This document shows, piece after piece, positions 9,256-20,015 of a DNA stretch of 64,000 bases. A program made the translations under genes and the position numbers. The stretch is from Bacteroidota bacterium (lineage in GTDB: Bacteria > Bacteroidota > Bacteroidia > Cytophagales > Spirosomataceae). The stretch lies in contig JBDLUL010000014.1 in NCBI GenBank assembly GCA_039805345.1, positions 3,401 through 67,400 on the forward strand, written 5' to 3'. The notes below the pieces were generated by a model, which had not been told where the DNA came from, ran no database searches, and was given only the letters and a program-made list of their open reading frames with translations. Numbering within the stretch: the stretch's first letter is position 1; each line of letters begins with the position of its first letter.

Positions 9256-10845
9256 ATGGCTAGTTTAAAAGAAACACCCCGGCAGAAAATGATCGGGATG
9301 ATGTATTTAGTACTGACGGCATTACTTGCCTTACAAGTATCAGATGCATTATTACAAAAATTTACCATTTTGAATTCCAGTTTGGAGATAGCCAATCAAT
9401 CGGCGACTTCTAAGAACAGAGGAATGGTTCAAGGGATTGAGGAGCGAATTAAAGATTTGCCTAATCCAGATGCTTATGCGGATGTGGTAAAACGTGCGAA
9501 TGAAGTTCGTCGGTTAGCGGATGCCTTAGTCAATCATTTGGACGCTTTGAAGAGCCAAATTCTTGAAGCGGGTGGAGGAATTGATCCTGAAACGGGTAAC
9601 ATTAAGAATCCTAAAGAAGAAGAAAAGGTATTTACCTTAATGGTAGGTGCTGGCAAATCAGGCGAAGCGTATAAATTGGAAACGATGTTTTCCCAATATG
9701 TAAAGGATTTGGAAAAATTGGCTGATCCAGGAACGAAGTTTCCTTCATTAGCGAATGATGCCAAATCAGATCCGATTGCGAGCAAGGATGCGAATCAGGC
9801 CAACAAGGATTTTGCTGAATTGAATTTTGCTCAAACGCCTGTTCCCGCTGCCATGGCAACGATTTCCCAAAAACAGGCAGAGGTTCGTCGTTACGAAAGT
9901 GATGTCTTAGCTCAATTAGCAGCGAAAGTAGGAGCGAAAGAAATTAAGTTTGATAAAGTATTTGCGCAAGTATCTGCAAATGCCAACACGGTGGTGGCTG
10001 GCATGGAATACCAAGCAGAGGTGTTTATTGCGGCAACTTCAAGTGGATTTACACCACGTATGAGTTTTAATGGTTCTTCTATCCCCGTGATTGATGGCCG
10101 TGGACAAATTAAGTTCAAAACTTCGGGTGGAGGTTTTGACGCGAATGGCTTATCAAAGAAAACCTACACGGCGTCAGTTTCTTACATGAGTCCACTAGGA
10201 CCAAAGACAGAGACCATTCAGAAAGAATATTTTGTATTAAAGCCAACGTATAACATTGAAACGGCAACTTTGCCAGCACTTTATTTAGGTTGTGCGAATC
10301 GTTTAAGTGTTGCAAGTCCAGGTTTAGGTGCTTTATGGAATCCTTCCTTCTCAGCTGACGGGGGAGAAGCTATTGGAGGTCAAAATCGTGGAAAGGTTAC
10401 TGTCGTACCTTCTGCAGCTACGGTAACATTGAACATTGCTAATGGAGGAACCTTATTAGGTAAAGAAACTTTCCGTGTACGTCGTGTCCCTAGACCTGAA
10501 GTACGTGTTTTTGGAAATGGTGGAGAATTGGATGAAAAACGTGGGGCGAGTGCTTCGGGATTGCGTAGCATTGATGCGCGTGCCATTGCGGATGAATCAT
10601 TTAAATCAACGAATCCTGAAGATGCAAATTTCCGCGTATCGGAATTGTATGTGGCCCTAGCACGTGGCCAGCGTAAAATTGATGACATTACCTTACAAGG
10701 TTCTGGCTCAATTGCCAAATTAGCAGCACAAGCGCAAGCAGGTGACCGTTATTACATTGAAATTAAAGGAGTTCAACGGAAAAATTTCAAGGGAGCTGTT
10801 GAAACCATACCATTTACGATGGCGAAAAACATTCCTTTGAATTAA
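9256..10845 (+). CDS. gldM: Gliding/T9SS motor GldM (PorM)
   Basis: KETPRQKMIGMMYLVLTALLALQVS N-terminus. Confidence 0.97.
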   Translation: MASLKETPRQKMIGMMYLVLTALLALQVSDALLQKFTILNSSLEIANQSATSKNRGMVQGIEERIKDLPNPDAYADVVKRANEVRRLADALVNHLDALKSQILEAGGGIDPETGNIKNPKEEEKVFTLMVGAGKSGEAYKLETMFSQYVKDLEKLADPGTKFPSLANDAKSDPIASKDANQANKDFAELNFAQTPVPAAMATISQKQAEVRRYESDVLAQLAAKVGAKEIKFDKVFAQVSANANTVVAGMEYQAEVFIAATSSGFTPRMSFNGSSIPVIDGRGQIKFKTSGGGFDANGLSKKTYTASVSYMSPLGPKTETIQKEYFVLKPTYNIETATLPALYLGCANRLSVASPGLGALWNPSFSADGGEAIGGQNRGKVTVVPSAATVTLNIANGGTLLGKETFRVRRVPRPEVRVFGNGGELDEKRGASASGLRSIDARAIADESFKSTNPEDANFRVSELYVALARGQRKIDDITLQGSGSIAKLAAQAQAGDRYYIEIKGVQRKNFKGAVETIPFTMAKNIPLN

Positions 10846-10846
10846 C

Positions 10847-11758
10847 ATGAATCGTATGAAATTAGTAAATAAGTGTTTGTTGTTCTTGGTCTTTACTGCT
10901 TTGGGCTTTGCTGCTCAAGCGCAAGAAAAGCCTTTGCCTCCAAATCAAAATTCCATTCGTCCTATTGATGAATCCAGCATTCATTACAAAGCGCGTTTAT
11001 GGCGTCGGATGGATTTAAATGAGAAAATCAATCAACCGTTTTTTTCGGTGAATAATGAAATTTCGAAGTTTATTTTGGACTGGGTAAAAGCAGGTGTTTT
11101 AACACCGTACGCGAACGATTCTTTATTGACCAAATTGACTCCTGAACAATTTCAAGATAACTTGAAAATGGAAGAGCAATCTGAGCAGGCTGCCTTATCT
11201 GATGCTGAAAAAGCAGCGGGTTTTGGAGCTGAAGGTGCTGCACCGAAAACGGCCGGTACAGACGATGGTTGGGGTGGTGCTGCTAAACCAGCAGGTGCAC
11301 CCGCAAAGGATGCATTTGAGCAAAAGCCTGCTGTGGCCGCTGTTTCATATTATTTCCCTAAAGAGTTGTCGATTTTAGAAATTCGAGAAGATGCGATTAT
11401 TGATCGTCGTCGCTCTCGTTTGTATTTCGATATTCAATCGATCAGTTTGATTATTCCTGCTTCTAAAACGAAGGCAGGTTTTGATAAAGCAGTCGCATCC
11501 TTCCGTTACAAGGATTTGTATAAATTGTTCCGCTCTAACCCAAACTGCATTTGGTATAATTCTGAAAATGAAATGCAACATAAGAATATGGCTGATGCGT
11601 TTGATTTGAGAATGTTCCAAGCGCGTATCATTAAAAAAGGTAACGTTGAGAATAAATTTTTAACGGATCTTTACGGTGGAGAAAAAGAAGGATTAATGAT
11701 GTCTCAATTACTCGAGTATAAGTTGCTTGAAATGGAGCATGACATGTGGGAGAACTAA
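10847..11758 (+). CDS. gldN: Gliding/T9SS GldN (PorN)
   Basis: LWRRMDLNEKINQP, DAFDLRMF, EHDMWE. Confidence 0.96.
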   Translation: MNRMKLVNKCLLFLVFTALGFAAQAQEKPLPPNQNSIRPIDESSIHYKARLWRRMDLNEKINQPFFSVNNEISKFILDWVKAGVLTPYANDSLLTKLTPEQFQDNLKMEEQSEQAALSDAEKAAGFGAEGAAPKTAGTDDGWGGAAKPAGAPAKDAFEQKPAVAAVSYYFPKELSILEIREDAIIDRRRSRLYFDIQSISLIIPASKTKAGFDKAVASFRYKDLYKLFRSNPNCIWYNSENEMQHKNMADAFDLRMFQARIIKKGNVENKFLTDLYGGEKEGLMMSQLLEYKLLEMEHDMWEN

Positions 11759-11775
11759 GCCCATCGGATATATTC

Positions 11776-11804
11776 AAAAGGAGCTCAAATGGGCTCCTTT
11801 TTTT
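11776..11804 (+). terminator. Intrinsic terminator after gldN
   Basis: AAAAGGAGCTC-aaat-GGGCTCCTTTTTTT. Confidence 0.85.
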
Positions 11805-11969
11805 ATGTCCAATGTTGCATAGGACAAAATGAATAAAAAATTAGATACTACGAGTGATATGTCTCTGATTTCTTAAATATTTACAAAAAAACGGGTTTAT
11901 TATCTTGATTTAATTCCATTTTTTGCCGACTTAAATGTAAATTGCAAAGTAATTTGACTAAACTAATCT

Positions 11970-13439
11970 ATGTCGTATCAACGCAAAACAAAAATTGTTG
12001 CCACAGTAGGCCCAGCATCTGAAACAAGAGAATCTTTAATTCAATTAGCGCTAGCAGGAGTGAATATCTTCCGTCTAAATTTTTCTCATGGAACGCATGA
12101 AGATCATTTAGCACGTTTACAGACAATTCGTTCGATTAGCGATGAGTTAGGGTTGAATCTTACTGTATTACAAGACTTACAAGGTCCTAAAATTCGTACT
12201 CAATTAGTTGAGAATAATGGGGTGCCTTTAGAAGCAGGTAAACAATTAATCTTTGCCATGGATGAAAACCTATTAGGTACATCTGAGAAGGTTGGAACAA
12301 CATACACATCCATGTATTTAGACGTTAACGTAGGTGAGCGTATTTTGATGGATGATGGTAACTTAGAAGTTAAAGTACTTTCGATTGATAAAGTTAAAAA
12401 AGAGGTTGTTACTGAAGTTATTTATGGGGGAATCTTGAAGTCTAAGAAAGGGATAAACCTTCCTGGGACGAAAGTTTCATTGCCATGTTTGACGGAGAAA
12501 GATACAGCCGATTTATATTTCGGTTTGGACCATGGTGTTGATTGGATTGCCTTGTCATTTGTTCGCAAAGCATCTGATATCTGGGATATCAAAGATAAAA
12601 TTAAAGCGTACGGCAAAACAGCGAAAGTAATTGCCAAAATCGAAAAGCCAGAAGCAATCGATAATTTAGATGAAATCATTGAAGCTACGGATGCCATCAT
12701 GGTAGCACGTGGTGACCTAGGTGTGGAAATGGATGGTGCAGTAGTTCCTTACTTGCAAAAAGTAATGGTGGAGAAATGTACTGCTGCTGGTAAGCCTGTT
12801 ATTGTGGCGACACAGATGTTGGAGTCCATGATAACAAATCCGGTTCCAACCCGTGCTGAAACTTCTGACGTAGCAAACGCGGTATTGCAAGGCGCATCTG
12901 CAACGATGTTATCTGGCGAGTCTGCATCTGGAGCTTATCCAATCAAGGCTGTTGAGACAATGGCTCATATTCATGAAGTAGTAGAAGAGCAACAAAATGC
13001 TATTGAAATTATCCGTGGTGATGAAGCTGCCATTTATTTCAAGAATCACGCATTAGCGAATACACCGAATGTTACGTTAACAGATCGTTTGATTTCAGGA
13101 GCATGTCGTTTGGCACGTGACTCGAGAGCCAAAGCAATTCTTTGCATTACGAACTCGGGTCAAACAGCGTTTAAATTGTCTGCTCACCGTCCAAAAGCCG
13201 ATCTATTTGTTTTCACATCGAACAAGCAATTGATGTCAACGATGGGCTTGTTATGGGGTGTTAAAGTATTTTATTACGATGCCACTTCAGAAAGTGCTGA
13301 GAAGACCGTTCAAGGCATGGTTGATTTATTAAAGTCAAAAGAGTTACTTTCAGTAGGAGATGTATTTGTTACGACCCTATCTATCCCTGCGCATACTACT
13401 AAGAAAACCAATACGGTTCAATTAGGTATCGTAGAATAA
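11970..13439 (+). CDS. pyk: Pyruvate kinase
   Basis: RKTKIVATVGPAS, RLNFSHG, DLQGPKIR, MVARGDLGVE, ATQMLESM. Confidence 0.98.
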   Translation: MSYQRKTKIVATVGPASETRESLIQLALAGVNIFRLNFSHGTHEDHLARLQTIRSISDELGLNLTVLQDLQGPKIRTQLVENNGVPLEAGKQLIFAMDENLLGTSEKVGTTYTSMYLDVNVGERILMDDGNLEVKVLSIDKVKKEVVTEVIYGGILKSKKGINLPGTKVSLPCLTEKDTADLYFGLDHGVDWIALSFVRKASDIWDIKDKIKAYGKTAKVIAKIEKPEAIDNLDEIIEATDAIMVARGDLGVEMDGAVVPYLQKVMVEKCTAAGKPVIVATQMLESMITNPVPTRAETSDVANAVLQGASATMLSGESASGAYPIKAVETMAHIHEVVEEQQNAIEIIRGDEAAIYFKNHALANTPNVTLTDRLISGACRLARDSRAKAILCITNSGQTAFKLSAHRPKADLFVFTSNKQLMSTMGLLWGVKVFYYDATSESAEKTVQGMVDLLKSKELLSVGDVFVTTLSIPAHTTKKTNTVQLGIVE

Positions 13440-13455
13440 ATTTCAGGGTTTACCC

Positions 13456-14226
13456 ATGAAGAAAAAAAATCCTTATTTATCAAATCCCTTAATCGGTCTG
13501 TACTCTGTATGGACCGGTTTTTGGTTTATTAGCTGGTTTCTAGCACTTTACCCATTTATCGTAATTTGCTTACAGCATAAGGATACAAAGCGTTATGCAC
13601 ACAAATTAGTACGTGTTTGGTCACGTTTATTTTTTGCTTTTGGATTCTTGCGCTTTGAAGTCGTATCTGAGCAAAAATTAGATCCCAAACAGGTATATGT
13701 TTTCTGTGCGAACCATTTTTCCTATTTGGATATCCCCGCATTCGTTAAAATTTTACCCAATTATTTTTCATTTGTCGGTAAGAGTTCCATTAAGAAAGTT
13801 CCTTTATTTGGATACCTCTATGCGCGTTTGAATATACTTGTGGATCGGGGTGATCGAGCCAGCCGGTCTGCAACACTTGGCAAATCCATACGCGCGCTGC
13901 AAGCTAAGCGAAGTATAATTATTTTTCCGGAAGGTGGGATAACTTCCAAAAATTTTCCATTCATGTCATCTCCGTTAAAGGATGGCGCATTCGCGATGGC
14001 GATCCAACAGCAAGTTCCGATTCTTCCTGTTACCTTTTTGAATAATTACCAATTAATGGATGACGACAACATCGTATTAAAACCGGGTGTTATTCGGGTA
14101 CGTATTCATGCTCCCATGGAAACAAAGGGTATGACCCAAGAGGATTTACCTGTTTTGCGTGAGCAAGTTTTTCAAAAGATCCAACAATCCTTGTTGGACT
14201 ATCATGGTGTAGATATGCCTCAATAG
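13456..14226 (+). CDS. plsC: 1-acyl-sn-glycerol-3-phosphate acyltransferase family
   Basis: NHFSYLD (HX4D) and IFPEG motifs. Confidence 0.85.
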   Translation: MKKKNPYLSNPLIGLYSVWTGFWFISWFLALYPFIVICLQHKDTKRYAHKLVRVWSRLFFAFGFLRFEVVSEQKLDPKQVYVFCANHFSYLDIPAFVKILPNYFSFVGKSSIKKVPLFGYLYARLNILVDRGDRASRSATLGKSIRALQAKRSIIIFPEGGITSKNFPFMSSPLKDGAFAMAIQQQVPILPVTFLNNYQLMDDDNIVLKPGVIRVRIHAPMETKGMTQEDLPVLREQVFQKIQQSLLDYHGVDMPQ

Positions 14227-14228
14227 TT

Positions 14229-14834
14229 ATGATGAAATACTTAGGTATCTTGGGTTTATTATTCGGTTTGCTAGCATGTGAGCAAAAGCAGGTCGGTGAT
14301 GTTCCTAGACCCAAAGGATACAATCGTCTGGACCTTCCTGTTGCTCAATATAAACCCTTAGAGGCAGGTCATCCCTATCAGTTCGAGGTGTCGAAGTTTG
14401 CTCAAGTAATCCCTGACACGGTCACGATTGGAAATAAAAAGGAAGTCTTCAAGGCGGAACCACATTGGATATACTTGTATTACCCGCGTTGGGATGCGTT
14501 TATTCAAATTACCTACAAATCTTTAAGTGGAGATAAGCAAAAAATGAAGGCGCTAATTAATGATGCTTTTGCTTTAGCCTATAAACATCAAGGTAAAGCC
14601 GCGGGTATACACGATTACGTCATGACGACCAAAGATGGTCGTAAAGCGGGGTTGATTGAATTGAATGGCGAAGTGGCAACCTCACTTCAGTTTTTTACTA
14701 CCGATAGTTCTAAGCATTTTCTTCGGGGAGCAATTTATGTGAAAACAGCCACGCAAAATGATTCATTAGCTCCTATCATTCGCTTTTTAAAGCAGGATGC
14801 GCTGCATTTAATTCAAACACTTTCGTGGAAATAG
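14229..14834 (+). CDS. gldD: Gliding lipoprotein GldD
   Basis: LLAC lipobox, PRPKGYNR, QFFTTDSSKHFLRGA, NDSLAP. Confidence 0.94.
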   Translation: MMKYLGILGLLFGLLACEQKQVGDVPRPKGYNRLDLPVAQYKPLEAGHPYQFEVSKFAQVIPDTVTIGNKKEVFKAEPHWIYLYYPRWDAFIQITYKSLSGDKQKMKALINDAFALAYKHQGKAAGIHDYVMTTKDGRKAGLIELNGEVATSLQFFTTDSSKHFLRGAIYVKTATQNDSLAPIIRFLKQDALHLIQTLSWK

Positions 14835-14878
14835 CGACTTGTTCAGTTCCTGAACTTTCTGTTTATTTGTAGCTTATT

Positions 14879-17380
14879 ATGGGGGAATCCAAGGTGCTTT
14901 TCGAGTCTGAAGAATCAACAGTTTTTGTTGATGCACTTCTGCCTTTGCCCATCCCTAGGTATTTTACCTATCGAGTTCCGCGGCAATGGGCAACTTGGGT
15001 TGAAGCAGGCTTGCGAATTGTTGTTCCGTTTGGCACAACGAAAGTCTTGACAGCTGTTATTGTTCGTGTCCATCATCAACCTCCTAAGCAATATCAAGCG
15101 AAATATTTGTTAGAGATTCTTGACGAATCTCCTTTGGTGACGGCCTCTCAAATTGCCCTATTTCAATGGGTAGCTAATTATTACATGTGTTATCCAGGTG
15201 AGGTGTTTCAAGTGGCCTTGCCCGCTGGTCTTAAAATATCGAGTCAATCCAAAGTTCAAATTCATCCAGAATTTCAACTTTTAAATGAATTAACTGAAAA
15301 GGAAACGGTCATATTTCAAGCCATTCAGGAAAAAGGTTCTTTGTCTTATGATGAGGTAGCGCGAGTCGCCGAAGTCAAAAGTCCTTATCATCACATTAAA
15401 GCGATGGTGGGCAAGGGGGCTATTTTGATTTTTGATGAATTAAAAGACCGTTACACGCCTAAGGTTCAACGGCGCATTCGCTTGGCACTGGCTTATGCGA
15501 ATAAAGAAGCTATTACGGTATTAATTGGAGAATTAGAAGCAAAGACGAAGCAAATCAGTATTCTCTTGCATTATTTACAATTTATCCCGGTCATGCGGGA
15601 TGCTGAGACGAACCAGCGGGGCTTGGAAAAATCGAGTTTCAGTCAAGCAGGTTTGTCGGAAAGCGCATTGCAAACGCTTATCAAGCATGGTATTTTTGAA
15701 TCCTTTGAAATTATTGTCTCTCGTTTTGGTAGTGATTCAGATGATTTTATACCTGCTAGTTTTGATTTAAATGCTGCTCAGGAGAAAGCATATCAGTCTA
15801 TTTTATCGCAGTTTCAGGAAAAAGATACTGTTTTATTACACGGTATTACGGGAAGTGGTAAGACTGAAATCTATATTCGCCTGATTCAAGAGGCTTTGGC
15901 CAATGGAGATCAAGTACTTTATTTGTTGCCGGAAATCGCCTTAACAACGCAAATTGTGGCACGTCTGAAGAAGATTTTTGGCGAGCAAGTAGGAATCTAC
16001 CATTCTAAATTTTCCGATAACGAACGTGTAGAAGTTTGGAAATCTATCGTGGAAGGTAAATACCCATTCGTTGTTGGTGTTCGTTCGTCTGTATTTCTAC
16101 CTTTTTCTCGTTTAGGCTTAATTATTGTAGATGAAGAACATGAGTCTTCTTTCAAGCAAGTTGATCCAGCCCCACGCTACCATGCGCGTGATGTGGCGAT
16201 GGTGCTTGCGGGCCAACAAAAAGCTAAGGTATTATTGGGCTCTGCGACGCCATCCATTGAATCGTATTATCAAGCCAAGCAGGGTAAATATGGCTTAGTG
16301 ACATTGATGGAACGATTTGGAAAGGCTACATTGCCTGAAATGACTTTGATTGACACGAAGTATGCCACGAAAATGAAACAGATGAAAGGGGGCTTTTCGG
16401 TGGATTTGGTAACGTTGTTGGATGAGAATTTTCAGAAGGGTAAGCAAAGTTTATTATTTCAAAATCGACGAGGTTATTCACCCTATATTCAATGTCAAGA
16501 TTGTGATTGGATCGCAGAATGCAATCAATGCGATGTAAGTTTAACCTATCACGCCAAAGATCAAGAATTGCGCTGTCACTATTGTGGTTACCGTGAGGGT
16601 TTGTTGCGTCGATGTGGAGCATGTGGGGGGACGAACCTAAAAACGATGGGATATGGTACTGAAAAGTTAGAGGAAGAACTGCAATTACTTATTCCGGATG
16701 CACGAATTGGTCGAATGGATTTAGATACCACGCGTTCCAAAACAGCGTTTAATAGCTTATTGGCCGAAATCCAATCCGGAAATATCGACATTTTGGTGGG
16801 CACGCAAATGGTTGCCAAAGGACTCGATTTCGAAGGTCTCTCTACTGTGGCTATTTTTGATGCAGACCGAATTATTAACTTTCCAGATTTTAGAGCGCAT
16901 GAGCGCGCGTTTCAATTGATTACCCAGGTCGCTGGTAGAGCCGGTCGGCGCGATGAACAGGGGCAAGTTTTCATCCAAACGAATCAGCCTACGCATCGCT
17001 TGTTTGAATTTATTAAGTCGGGGGATTATGCCGCCTTGTATGCGGATGAAATTGTCGAGCGGGAAGGGTACAATTACCCGCCATTTGTTCGATTGATCAA
17101 ATTAACGTTGAGGCACATGGAGTCGAATCAAGTAGAAAAAGCTGCCAATGAATTAGGTGTGATGTTAAAAGCTAAATATGGTCATGGGCGTATTTTGGGG
17201 CCTGAGCGTCCGTTGATTGAACGAATTCGCAATCAATTTGTGATGGAAATCCTCATCAAACTCGAAAAAGGAGTGTCCCTAGCCCAATTTAAAGTGGACC
17301 TACGTTTGTTACTAGATGAATTACCCGGTAAACCTATTTTCAAGGGCGTACAAGTGATTCCGGACGTAGATTGTCTTTAG
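14879..17380 (+). CDS. priA: Replication restart helicase PriA
   Basis: GITGSGKT, LPEIALT, DEEH, four CxxC pairs, QVAGRAGR. Confidence 0.98.
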   Translation: MGESKVLFESEESTVFVDALLPLPIPRYFTYRVPRQWATWVEAGLRIVVPFGTTKVLTAVIVRVHHQPPKQYQAKYLLEILDESPLVTASQIALFQWVANYYMCYPGEVFQVALPAGLKISSQSKVQIHPEFQLLNELTEKETVIFQAIQEKGSLSYDEVARVAEVKSPYHHIKAMVGKGAILIFDELKDRYTPKVQRRIRLALAYANKEAITVLIGELEAKTKQISILLHYLQFIPVMRDAETNQRGLEKSSFSQAGLSESALQTLIKHGIFESFEIIVSRFGSDSDDFIPASFDLNAAQEKAYQSILSQFQEKDTVLLHGITGSGKTEIYIRLIQEALANGDQVLYLLPEIALTTQIVARLKKIFGEQVGIYHSKFSDNERVEVWKSIVEGKYPFVVGVRSSVFLPFSRLGLIIVDEEHESSFKQVDPAPRYHARDVAMVLAGQQKAKVLLGSATPSIESYYQAKQGKYGLVTLMERFGKATLPEMTLIDTKYATKMKQMKGGFSVDLVTLLDENFQKGKQSLLFQNRRGYSPYIQCQDCDWIAECNQCDVSLTYHAKDQELRCHYCGYREGLLRRCGACGGTNLKTMGYGTEKLEEELQLLIPDARIGRMDLDTTRSKTAFNSLLAEIQSGNIDILVGTQMVAKGLDFEGLSTVAIFDADRIINFPDFRAHERAFQLITQVAGRAGRRDEQGQVFIQTNQPTHRLFEFIKSGDYAALYADEIVEREGYNYPPFVRLIKLTLRHMESNQVEKAANELGVMLKAKYGHGRILGPERPLIERIRNQFVMEILIKLEKGVSLAQFKVDLRLLLDELPGKPIFKGVQVIPDVDCL

Positions 17381-18102
17381 TGTTTAATTACGACTTCGTT
17401 AAAAGGCAAACGGAAACGTTCTCCCCATATCCCAGCTTCGGTACCTTTCCCTACAGAAATAATCATGTTGATTTCTGCACCTGCAGGTAAATTCAAAGCT
17501 TTTTTCACACGAACCGCGTCGAAACCTTCCATTGGGCAGGTGTCATATCCTTCTGCGGCGATGGATAGCATGAATGTTTGTGCTGCTAATGCACAAGATT
17601 TGTGTACCATGACGCGTTGGTCTGCTTTGCCTCCAAAACGCATGAAAGGTTTACGTAGTCCCATGAAAAAACACATGGATTTACGAATGAGCGTGAATAT
17701 TCCGAAGATATCTTGACGGTAGAGTAGGGGCATCAATTGGCCATAGTATTGCATCCCTCTTTTTTCTCTTTTACCTGCTTCCTTGCCCTTAAGTGCATTT
17801 TTTATTTGATCAAGATTCCACTGGGCGTGTTGTTTCCAATGATCTTGGCGTGTCACAAAAACGACTAAATGGGCTGGGTTTTTAGCTGCCGATTGCCCTA
17901 GACATAAGGCATGGAATTCAGCCTTTTTTTCGGGACTTTGAATCCAATGAAATTCCCACAATTGCATATTGCTACTGTTGGGCGATAAAATGGCACGCGC
18001 TAAGCTTCGTTCAATGACCGCATCATCTACGGAGATGGTTTCGTCGAAGAGACGGTTAGATCTTCTTTGATGGATGATTTGTTCGAACTGATCAGCTAGC
18101 AT
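17377..18102 (-). CDS. Nitroreductase family protein
   Basis: RRSNR, SPNSSNMQLWEF, GYDTCPMEGFD. Confidence 0.92.
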   Translation of the reverse strand: MLADQFEQIIHQRRSNRLFDETISVDDAVIERSLARAILSPNSSNMQLWEFHWIQSPEKKAEFHALCLGQSAAKNPAHLVVFVTRQDHWKQHAQWNLDQIKNALKGKEAGKREKRGMQYYGQLMPLLYRQDIFGIFTLIRKSMCFFMGLRKPFMRFGGKADQRVMVHKSCALAAQTFMLSIAAEGYDTCPMEGFDAVRVKKALNLPAGAEINMIISVGKGTEAGIWGERFRLPFNEVVIKH

Positions 18103-18150
18103 ATGGATTTATTTTTTTCAAATATAAGGGAAATCCCAAGGAGTTTAAAT

Positions 18151-18181
18151 AAAAAAAGTCAGGACCGAAGTCCTGACTTTT
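18151..18181 (-). terminator. Intrinsic terminator after susD
   Basis: Minus strand AAAAGTCAGGAC-TTCG-GTCCTGACTTTTTTT, with a cUUCGg tetraloop. Confidence 0.88.
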
Positions 18182-18201
18182 AAACAAAACAAAAAAACTA
18201 A

Positions 18202-19980
18202 TTAATAACCTGGGTTCTGCTTCAAGGTTGCAGCGCCCGCTTTTTGAGAGTTTAGAATCTCGTCATTTGGCAATGGAAAATATTCGTTTTTACCTTTTGT
18301 GTAGGCTTTCCCTGCTAAATATCCACGCTTGTTATACGTTCTGCCCGCTAAGTCAGTACCGTTTACAGATTCTTCTTTCAAGTATTTGTTGATATAAGGT
18401 TCAGCAATACCCCAACGAACTAAATCGAAGAAACGATGACCTTCCATGGCAAATTCCAAACGGCTTTCCATACGAACGGCATTTTGTGCATATTCTTTAC
18501 CTTTTGCAGCAAAAGTGCCCGCAGGGTAAGGATTGATAGCATAATTTACAGTAGCATCTTGAACAGAACCTGTTTTTGCGCGATTACGAATTAAGTTGAC
18601 ATATTTCTCAGCTTCTGTGAAATTTCCTAATTCAACTTCACATTCAGCTAGCCAAAGAATAACGGATGACATTTTCAATAAACGGTAGTTATTATTCACA
18701 TTACGTTTACTTGTCGAGTGTGTCGAGCTACCTTCATCGGCTAAGTAATACATCCATTTCTTGCCGATGTAAGGGCCAGAATATGTTTGATTACGAATCC
18801 AGTTAAATCCTGGCATTTGACCCCAATCTAAGAAGTTGACACCGCGGCGACCTACAGTCCAGTCTAAACGAGGATCAACGGGTACATCTTTCTTCAAATT
18901 GAATGTTTGATCTGATTTTAAACCTTGATCATTAGGAACGTCAACTGCATTATAGGTATCCGCCGTTCCATCTGCTTTCGCACCAATCATCGGTAAACCG
19001 TCTGCATCTGTTTTAAATGCGTTAACTAGGTTTTGAGAGGGAAGGTAGAAACCGCAACATCCACGACCTGGTGAGTTCGCTGAGTAGGGCCAGTTCAAGT
19101 TATCTCCGGCGTTACCATTGTTACCAGTAGAACCATCGTTAACAGAGAATTCAACTTCGAAGATAGATTCTGCATTGTTGTTTGTGATGTTGCGGTAGTT
19201 ATCATGGTAGTTTGCCATGAGTTTTTTCCCAGAATTAGTATAAACATCTAACAATAAATCTTTAGCAGCTTGCCATTTACCTTGAAAAATATAGGCTTTT
19301 GCTAAATAGGTTTTCGCAGCCCATTTCGTAGCACGTCCTTTTTGACCTTGTGTTGCGGGTAAATTATCTGCTGCAAATTTAAAGTCGGCCTCTATATTCT
19401 CCCAAATGTTTTTATCATTTGGAACTTTCGTCGAATTCGGGTCATCGCGCTTGTAAACAGTCTCATCGATGTATGGAATTTTATTCCACATCTTTTTACC
19501 TTCAAAATGATAGTGTCCACGTAAGAAACGAGCTTCAGCCACAACTTGTGTTCGCTCTGCTTCTGTCATGTCCTTTACATCCGTACTTTTGGCAAGTAGA
19601 ATAGCTTCGTTGGCACGAGCTACCCCATCGTAGGTATGTTGCCATTTACCTAAAAAGTAGGTATTGTCCGATAGCCACAAATATTGCTCGATATACTCTT
19701 GCTCTGGCTGATCACCAATATCCGTCCCTTTTACGGCATCACCTGAAGTGATTCCTCCAAAAACGTAATTTGAAATCGTTGACTGACGTCCCGTATTTCC
19801 AGCTCCTACTCCGTCTAAAAGAGAATAAGCTCCAATTAATAAGGCGTTCACCCCATTCTTATTACTCAGTGAAGTCAACGAAGCGGCCCCTTGAGGTTCG
19901 ATGTTGAAGAAACTATCTGAACAAGAAAAGTTGACACCTACTGTCGCGACTAATGATGCGATAATGATTAACTTTTTCAT
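18202..19980 (-). CDS. RagB/SusD family lipoprotein
   Basis: Lipobox FSC, AEARFLRGHYHF, EFAMEGHRFFDLVRWG, C-terminal QNPGY. Confidence 0.95.
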   Translation of the reverse strand: MKKLIIIASLVATVGVNFSCSDSFFNIEPQGAASLTSLSNKNGVNALLIGAYSLLDGVGAGNTGRQSTISNYVFGGITSGDAVKGTDIGDQPEQEYIEQYLWLSDNTYFLGKWQHTYDGVARANEAILLAKSTDVKDMTEAERTQVVAEARFLRGHYHFEGKKMWNKIPYIDETVYKRDDPNSTKVPNDKNIWENIEADFKFAADNLPATQGQKGRATKWAAKTYLAKAYIFQGKWQAAKDLLLDVYTNSGKKLMANYHDNYRNITNNNAESIFEVEFSVNDGSTGNNGNAGDNLNWPYSANSPGRGCCGFYLPSQNLVNAFKTDADGLPMIGAKADGTADTYNAVDVPNDQGLKSDQTFNLKKDVPVDPRLDWTVGRRGVNFLDWGQMPGFNWIRNQTYSGPYIGKKWMYYLADEGSSTHSTSKRNVNNNYRLLKMSSVILWLAECEVELGNFTEAEKYVNLIRNRAKTGSVQDATVNYAINPYPAGTFAAKGKEYAQNAVRMESRLEFAMEGHRFFDLVRWGIAEPYINKYLKEESVNGTDLAGRTYNKRGYLAGKAYTKGKNEYFPLPNDEILNSQKAGAATLKQNPGY

Positions 19981-20015
19981 TTTATATCTGATTTATTTTC
20001 AAATGATATACCTAA

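Noticed and set aside
4004-11758. hemD embedded beside T9SS genes
   Set aside because: DUF4271-hemD next to porP-gldKLMN is familiar synteny in Bacteroidota, and a terminator separates hemD from porP.
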